A stretch of DNA of 57,644 nt, the filler included, from Sphacelaria rigidula (lineage: Eukaryota), in NCBI GenBank assembly GCA_964200075.2. It is 3 parts of 3 records of this genome, joined end to end, with 100 filler letters (N's around TTAATTAATTAA, not from the genome) between each part and the next. Parts side by side here need not be neighbours in the genome. Positions count along the whole stretch, not along the records: positions 38,501 to 57,644 come from CAXNAA020000726.1; 2 more parts are not named here. One strand, written 5' to 3'. The notes beneath the pieces are model-generated. The model was not told the DNA's origin. It was given only the letters and a program-made list of their open reading frames with translations, and did no database searches. The translations under genes were made by a program, and so were the position numbers. Shown here one piece after another: positions 50,521 through 57,644 of this stretch. Numbering within the stretch: the first letter of the stretch is position 1; every line of letters begins with the position of its first letter.

Positions 50521-53500
50521 CGAGGGTGTGAGCTTTAAACGTGCAAAGTCCTAACATCTTGGTTTTAGTATCAAAACGTCTTCTTTGGGTGAATTTTACA
50601 TCAATGCAACAAAAACTATAAGATTTTCGAGTTTCTCGACCACGCTTTGTACATGTGTTCCTTGGACTATCCCGGGACGCACCATGTTATTCTTTTTTCT
50701 TTTGAGTCATGCTGTACCGGCTTCCGGGGGTCTTGGTATTTGGACCCCCGGAAGCCGGGAGAAAACGGAAAAAATTGAAATATTGCGAAGGACACAATAT
50801 TTTCCACTTGGAGCAGCAATACCCACGAAACTGCCAAGTTTGAGGATGATCTGAGCTTTTCTACAACAGATGAAACGGGAAATCGTCACGAGGCTCCCTG
50901 AATCTTTTCTACGTATCATGAGTGGAAAGTAGACGAAACCAAAACTCCACATCAACGAAACATTACGGTTTTGGGTAAAATTCGACCCCGTTGGAGCTGT
51001 TTCAAAATCCGTTTCCCCCGTTAGCTTGCTGAGGTGGTGACGGTCACTACGATATGAAGCATGCGGAGATTCAGTGAAAATTGGGCTCAGACTTCGTGTT
51101 ATCAATTTCAGAACACTACGAAAGGCGCTGATTGGTCGAGACATATTTTTGTCCACTGTGCCATCGCTACAGTTCCAAGTTTCAGCGTGAAAAATGTTGT
51201 GGTCTTGGGCATTTACTCAGGTCACATTGTTTTCGCGTAACAAAAAACGTGTGACAGAAAGCTTCGGATTTTTTAAAAACTTTGGTTCTAACGCAGTCGT
51301 ACATGATCATAGACAGTAGTGTGTGTTATACTGAACACAAGACAGAAGTCCAACAGTGTGTAGTCCAACAGTGCACTACAGGCCCCAAACGCACAGCATC
51401 AGAGGAGTGACACGGAGTATACAGCATGCATCAGCTGCTTGCCATCGAGAGTACCGCCATATCATACTGTTGTTGCATTGCTGTTGTAAAAGACACCACG
51501 CTGTCTGTACACCGTTGTGTCTGTGTACTGTACAGGCTATCAAAGTGACGACACGAGTAGTGGAAGTATTCCTGTATCACACCTCTTGTCAACTGCGTTC
51601 AGAGCACTGTAGTCCCTGTGTTCCTGTACCACTGCTGTTGTCTGTTGTCCGCTAGACATAGTGTACAGTCCGCACAGCAGACAGCAGACAACGGCTTGTA
51701 GTACAATGATGGTGTGATTTCACAAGTGTCCCTACTTGCGGGTATACGGCCGTGTATAGTAATCCCTGTTTTCACTATCCCCTTTTGACAGGGGATTAGC
51801 GCCATGACGACCAGTCCCGAGTCCTATCGCAGGCACTTTTGTACAGAGTGGAACCAAGATCTGCGCACAGGTTGAGAAATGCGGTGGGTCTGAAAGTAGT
51901 CGTTAGTCCAAGCAGGGCCAAGGTCTCTGCAATGATGCAGACATGACGCAAAAAGGCAACGCAACATCTACACACCCAGGCCCGAAAAAACACGCACAGA
52001 CACTCACCACTCACGCGCACTAGTATTACTGCTGGCCCTCGCTAATCTACACACGGCAGTCTTGTTTGACGGAAATACGTTCTGTATTGGACGAATGGCG
52101 GCCGCGTGCATATCAAAAACAACCGAAAACGTGTCGTTGCTGACCGTTTTGCAAGCGTGTGCTGCGCGCTCATCTCACGCAAATCATCATTTCTCAACGA
52201 ATTCTGAACAGATTTGAGCAAGGTCACGCACAACGTGCACAGCTGATGAGCAGCTACGGCTTGAGCTGTGTGTTTTTGGTTTGCGGGGCCACGAAGCCAC
52301 GAAGTTCCTCCGGTTCAGCTGTGATTGTGTCAGGTTGTGTGGTAAGCCTTCGCATGTGCCCCTGTCAACGGGACATATATGTTCCCCTTCGAGGCGCACA
52401 GAAATCTCCTCTTGAAGAGAAATACTCTTTGAAGAGGGGATTTCTGTCCACGTTATTATTTTGACTTGGTTGATTCAAGTCGTTTAGTCGATATAAATCA
52501 ACTAATCAGCGACGTGTTGATGTGATTGTCGATATCAATCAAATCAACTTTTGGATCGACAATCAACTGTGATTTATGAGTTGATATACAACCCTAATCC
52601 AAATGGGCGGGTGTGAATGGTTGTCATTACGTAATTCACAATCCCATGAAAGGATTACACTTGAACACCCAACTAATATCATGTTGTCCATGCCGCAAGA
52701 CTTTTCGCGGATCTTTGCACTAATGGGAGTAGCACTACAGCGTCTGCCTCGTTCAATAGCCAATGGCACTCCGGGAGACAGGTCTTGTACGTGTACGTCA
52801 AGAAGGATCTACTAGTAGTGGCCGGGGATGGTACAGGAAAACCTAGCGAGAACTTGCCGGGCAACGACTTCGGTCTGAGCTTTGCTTTCCTGCGGGCCCT
52901 TGCGAACGTGGAACGACGTCGTGTTGCTATATAGACTGTATGTTATTCACGTGTGCGAGACGCGAGAGCTTCAGTGGATATATACTTGATGAATTTCAAG
53001 TGTTTCTTTCCGTCCTTCTACTTGTATGCCGATTATGCCTCTTTTTCATCGTAACAAAAGAAAAGAAAATTGGAAGCGTGATGCAAAGCAGAGCAATCCA
53101 TCTTGAACAAAACTTCGGCTATGTCACACTCTTCGTCTGTTCGTTGCGGTCATATACCATGTGTGCGATTATTGGGTGCGTATTGCAGAAGGCACTCGCT
53201 GATGACAGAACTATGGGTCTTTAGCGTGAACCGGCCTATACCGTTTGCGCGCTTGATTCGAAGTCTTGATTTTGATGTCGATCAACCTTTATCGTCGTGA
53301 TTAAAGGTCAAGCACAATATTGAACAGTCATATCAGATACAGGCTGTGTACGAAAGCGAAGTCACGGACCCCTTGACGTCCCGATATTTGTAAGACTATC
53401 CAGTTTCCGTTGCATTGGTTTCATTTGCGACCTGGAGATAATACCGTGCAAAAAATGAATTCTGAGTATCAATGGCGCCGATACCATATGCATATATCCA

Positions 53501-53632
53501 TGCCTGAGTAAACTTCGTAGGGCAGGAAATTTCCTTAGTTCATGTCATTACAGCGTTTTTCAGAAAAAACCTTCCTCGACACATACCTGATCCAAGTTGA
53601 GTTGAGTGCAACTTTTGAGCTATTTATTTCAG

Positions 53633-53743
53633 TACGTTATTGGATTTGGCCCCAGGTGTAAAGGGTCTTCTGAGCATGACGACCGTCGACGCTGATGAGC
53701 TTGGTCGCACCTTCTCTCGATCATTCACTACAAAGACGCAACG
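53633..53743 (+). CDS. Candidate exon of the RING gene (TLLDLAPGVKGLLSMTTVDADELGRTFSRSFTTKTQR)
   Basis: Acceptor TATTTATTTCAG, open phase 2-2 frame, weak donor CG|GTTCAT; joins in frame to 54038. Confidence 0.45.
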
Positions 53744-54037
53744 GTTCATGCTGGGATTTCCTCGACGCACATGAAGCCACACATGCCAAAACTAAGCGTC
53801 CTGCAAGTTTTAGTGATCCTCAAAGGGTACCAGCCATTTCTGTACCGATGATTGAATTCCGGTTGCCCACGGTCGTGTAGCTGCATGGCATTCGGCGCAC
53901 ACGAAGCGGGCTTCGCACACCTGTTCTCTCGGCCGGTGAGGCGTTTTGCATCAAACAAATGGTGGTGGTTAACCTTGCTCTTCTCCTGTACTTGGTCCCT
54001 GCACTCTGTACTCCTGTCGGATCCCGTTTGTGTGTAG

Positions 54038-55259
54038 AATGACCGGTGCGAATAAGGTCCAGCTGTGCTTGGGCTCGAGTGATGACGGGAGCGAAGAAGA
54101 CGGGAAGGGATTCGGGCTCCCGCGAGCTCTAGTAGAACGAATGCCTCTCATCACCGGTGAGAACCATACTCTTTGCTTGCAAGAAGGCCCCAGGTGGCCG
54201 CGTGTATAGTGTGCTGGGTGTGAAACGTTTTGTGTAACGAACGAGTGTCCAATGTGGTCTACGTCACCAACTGTGTATCCACGTGTTTGTGATGTTGCCG
54301 TCAACATCCGTCACTCTGACGTGGCTTGAGATGGCAGCACTCGAAGGTCTGCAAGACACCCTGCTTTGCACGTTGTAGAGTAGTCCACCTCCAGTAGTGC
54401 AGGAGGGCTCTATGAGGTGAACAATTTGACTGAAGTGCGTCTAGGAGATCACTTCTCTTTGAGCACGCCTCCGCGCTATTGACATCCGAAACCTCGAGTT
54501 CATTCAAGTTCGGCTGATACCAGGCGTTTCAAAAGTTGCATGGATTCCTGCTACACCACGTAAAGATGCGTTTGTCACCCCTTCCTCACGGCCATTTTAT
54601 GCAGTTGGCGAGGAAGCTCGCGCTTCTGCGGACGACGGAGCAGGAGCAACAGACGACTGTAGCAAGACTTGCCGAATTTGCCTCTCAAACTACGAGGTGA
54701 GCACCGAAGCTGCACGCCCTTCCTTTTGGTCGCATTTGGCGGGTCGAAACGACACTTTTTCCTCCTGTCTCACGTCCTGCCGAGTTCGTGATGTTATCGT
54801 TGTCAACTGTAGACAAGGCAACTTGGTATGCTCGTTTGCTGCCATGGTTCTCGACAACATGCATACTGCTTTGGTAGAATCCCACTAGAGTCTATCCTGT
54901 CATATTGTGAAGGGTTATTCCTGGAATTGACCAAAGGTATGGCCCAGCATTCGAAACAAATGATTTTCACAGCGCTGATTGACCGGACGGCAAGAAGGCC
55001 GGGTATACGCACACATCCCTGTCTATCCCTTTCGACATGAAATCGTTCTGCTGGCATAACCTCCCCTTCCGCCCACTCCTGTCCTCCTCCCTGCCGTCTT
55101 CCCCAAATCTCCACCCACCTGTTGTTTCAGGTCGGGGACACTGCGAGGGTTCTTCCGTGTTTTCATAAGTTTCACTCGAACGAGATAGACGACTGGCTGG
55201 ACAGAAACACAACGTGCCCGTTGTGCCATCTCGACGTCAGCGAGGCTCTCACGGGGTGA
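54038..55259 (+). CDS. RING-H2-type zinc-finger E3 ubiquitin ligase, C-terminal three exons (atypical Glu at ligand 6)
   Basis: join(54038-54156,54605-54696,55131-55259), GT-AG introns, phases consistent: ...[20 protein letters not shown]...[54 protein letters not shown]. The GL...P pre-RING motif, LPC.H.FH, IDxWL and TCPLC are typical of ATL/RNF-type RING-H2. Confidence 0.9.
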
Positions 55260-57206
55260 GGGCTTCACCTATGAATTTGTTCTTGCGCGTTGTAAGAGGC
55301 GTCGTGGTGCTGTGTTTGCACACTCTACGCAACAGCGTGAACGCAAGCACACGTGCATGGCGTACCCTTATTTTGGCCCGGGCCCGTGTGTGTGAGTTAG
55401 ACTCTGATTTTTCCCCCCTGCATCCCAACAGACGCGTGCATTGCGCATGAAACCCAGGGCAGAGAAGAAAAGTCTGGGAATCAAGAGACGAACTATGATT
55501 GCATGTCATCAACATATAACACCTGCTAGTTCATTGATTTCCCCTCTATGCTGTCACTGCTGCTGCGCTTGAATCTTCATGTGATGTCGCTCATCGCTCC
55601 CCTAACCCGCTGGATATTGACAGGTCTTCTGGTGTGGCGTTTCTGACAGCGGTGGAGGGGAACCCGACACCGTTCGCCGACAGGAGAAGAAGACGTTGAG
55701 CACCGGGGATCGCACTGCGTAGCAGTACTCCGTTCTGTTTTCGCAGCTCGTTTGCTTGGGGGTATTTGACTTAGTATGTGCGTACTCTCTTCTGAGTATG
55801 GCACATGCTGTTGTGATATATATGTTTTCCCGTCTAGTCATGACCGGCAGAAAGGTGGCAGAAATTGCGAGAGGTTCTCTTACAAGGCCCGTGTATTTAT
55901 TGCTCTTGCCGCGCAGAGCGGCATATTCGCAACCCTTCACGTGTCGAAGCAAGCGAGGCTGTTATATTATAATCATAATGATTTCCGATATTCCAACGTT
56001 TCACTCGATGGTAGCGTTTTTTATTTTTTGGTATGGCTCATGATTTTTGTTGTAAATATTCCCGATGTAAGCCGTTTCCGAGGGTATTTTTATATCGCCA
56101 ATGAACCGCGCGCCCCAATATCAAGTATTGTGTTGACACTACTTCGTTTTTCTCGACGCTGCGGTATATATCTGTGGTGCGGCAAAATGCGTTGTGCGAA
56201 CTTGTGTAGTCGGTTATGTTCGTGATGAGTGGTTCAAACAGTTCACGGCTAGTGGTCCACAGTCCGCATACGTTATTTGCCTCCGTTCTAATGTCCACAC
56301 AAAAGTCGCACTGTCCGCTTGTGCTGGAGGTAGGTGAACTAACCTTTCGTGTGAGCAATAAAGTACGGTACCGGGTCCCTTTTGTGGTATCGGTGCATGA
56401 AGTGGAGTTATGCATCTCCCGAGTCCCCTTATGTCGGCATCTCGATTTGCGTTCGGTCCAGATGGAAGAGCACTACATTCCGCTCTCTCCCAGTGCTTTC
56501 CCCCAGGAACAATACCGCTCTCCTACCTCGATCGCATTGTTGTATCATTCGTAGTGTTGTAAGCTCCTCCGCGTGAGAGCTACGCACATATGTAGCCCGA
56601 TCTTCAGGCGGCTCTTCCCGTTGATGGGGTAAACGAGTGTGCGGATTATCATCGCCGCAGAGGAGTCGATTCGGTCGCCGTGCGCATATGGTTGATGCAG
56701 TTTACTTACAATGCTATTCGCTAGACCTCTCTGTAGTGTAGCTTTGCCCTTCGTAATTGTAACGCGCTTCAGGTTGATACTATAGCTGGAGTCGACGGTA
56801 CATCAGTCAGTAATATTCATAGTACTGTACCGTGATTTAGTAGTTTTTCCATGTCTGCATCATGCAGTTGTTGTATATCATGTATAAAGATGTGTATTCT
56901 GTTTTTTCGATGCGTGAGCTGTTGCTCCGGTTTTACAGCATACCATGGCATCACCTGGATGACTGACGGGTTTTTTTGCTCTGTGGAACTCATGTTTAAC
57001 GTGTAAAGCACGTATTTCTTGTCCACTTCAATGTTTACCGTGCCCGTGACGTTTTGCGTTCTTGATTTTGGCTTTGTAGTTGTAGTAGTTTTTGTACGGC
57101 GCACGCTTTCCCACCTACCCGATTACCTTGGTTGCCTCAGGAAAATGATCCCACTTTGTCGTTTTTGTTACAAACGGACAAGAAAAAACTCGCACATGCA
57201 TGAAAC

Positions 57207-57644
57207 ACGGGATCTTACAAATTGGGGATGGATCTTTTATTGAGGATGAGAACCCCGGAGAATCAAAATCATCGTATCCACACCAAATCTTCGAAATATG
57301 GTTATATTTCTTCACCTACCGATAGCTGCTGAAACCTGCTACACGCCATAGAAGTTTGGATTTCGATCTCCGAAATGTTGGGGTCTTGGGTGGAAAACCG
57401 ATTTTGGCGAATTCCGGGTGTCCGAACAGACGCCAAAATGGTTCCGAAATTGGTTTTGCACCTAGGACCCCAGCATTTCGGTGATCGAAATCCCAATGTA
57501 TGTGGCGTGTAGCAGTTGTCAACAGCTATCAGTAGGCGAAGAAATATAATCATATTTCGAAGATTTGGTGTGGATACGAAGATTTTAATTCTCCGGGTTT
57601 CTCATCCCCAATAAAAGATCCATCCCCAATTTGTAAGATTCCGT
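57207..57644. mobile_element. ~440-bp foldback element (arms ~197 bp, ~45-nt spacer) ending at the window end
   Basis: 57207-57403 is the reverse complement of 57448-57644 with scattered mismatches (ACGGGATCTTACAAATTGGGGATGGATCTTTTATTG... / ...CAATAAAAGATCCATCCCCAATTTGTAAGATTCCGT). Confidence 0.9.

Overview
Eukaryotic, intron-rich, repeat-dense DNA. It is most consistent with a brown alga (Phaeophyceae); this is an inference from gene structure, protein style and repeat landscape. The window is not one locus. It is three segments (1-19154, 19255-38400, 38501-57644; 19154, 19146 and 19144 bp) joined by identical 100-nt N44-TTAATTAATTAA-N44 spacers, most likely unrelated size-sorted contigs. 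Segment 1 is almost all decayed transposable elements: a Ty1/copia remnant, MITE/foldback hairpins and small Cys-finger ORFs. Segment 2 holds a clearly reconstructable cytoplasmic poly(A)-binding protein gene (10 coding exons, RRM1-4 plus the start of the linker; MLLE exons missing at the contig end) with a candidate A-rich autoregulatory 5'UTR exon. Segment 3 holds the 3' part of a spliced RING-H2-type E3 ligase gene whose sixth zinc ligand is Glu instead of Cys, plus a tRNA-derived SINE, nested MITEs and a long terminal foldback. I found no convincing novel multi-gene system. The best leads are the Glu-variant RING, the PABP A-rich leader, the long hairpins and a repeated small Zn-finger module. 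Almost all ORFs in the six-frame track are spurious. All alignments were done by eye.
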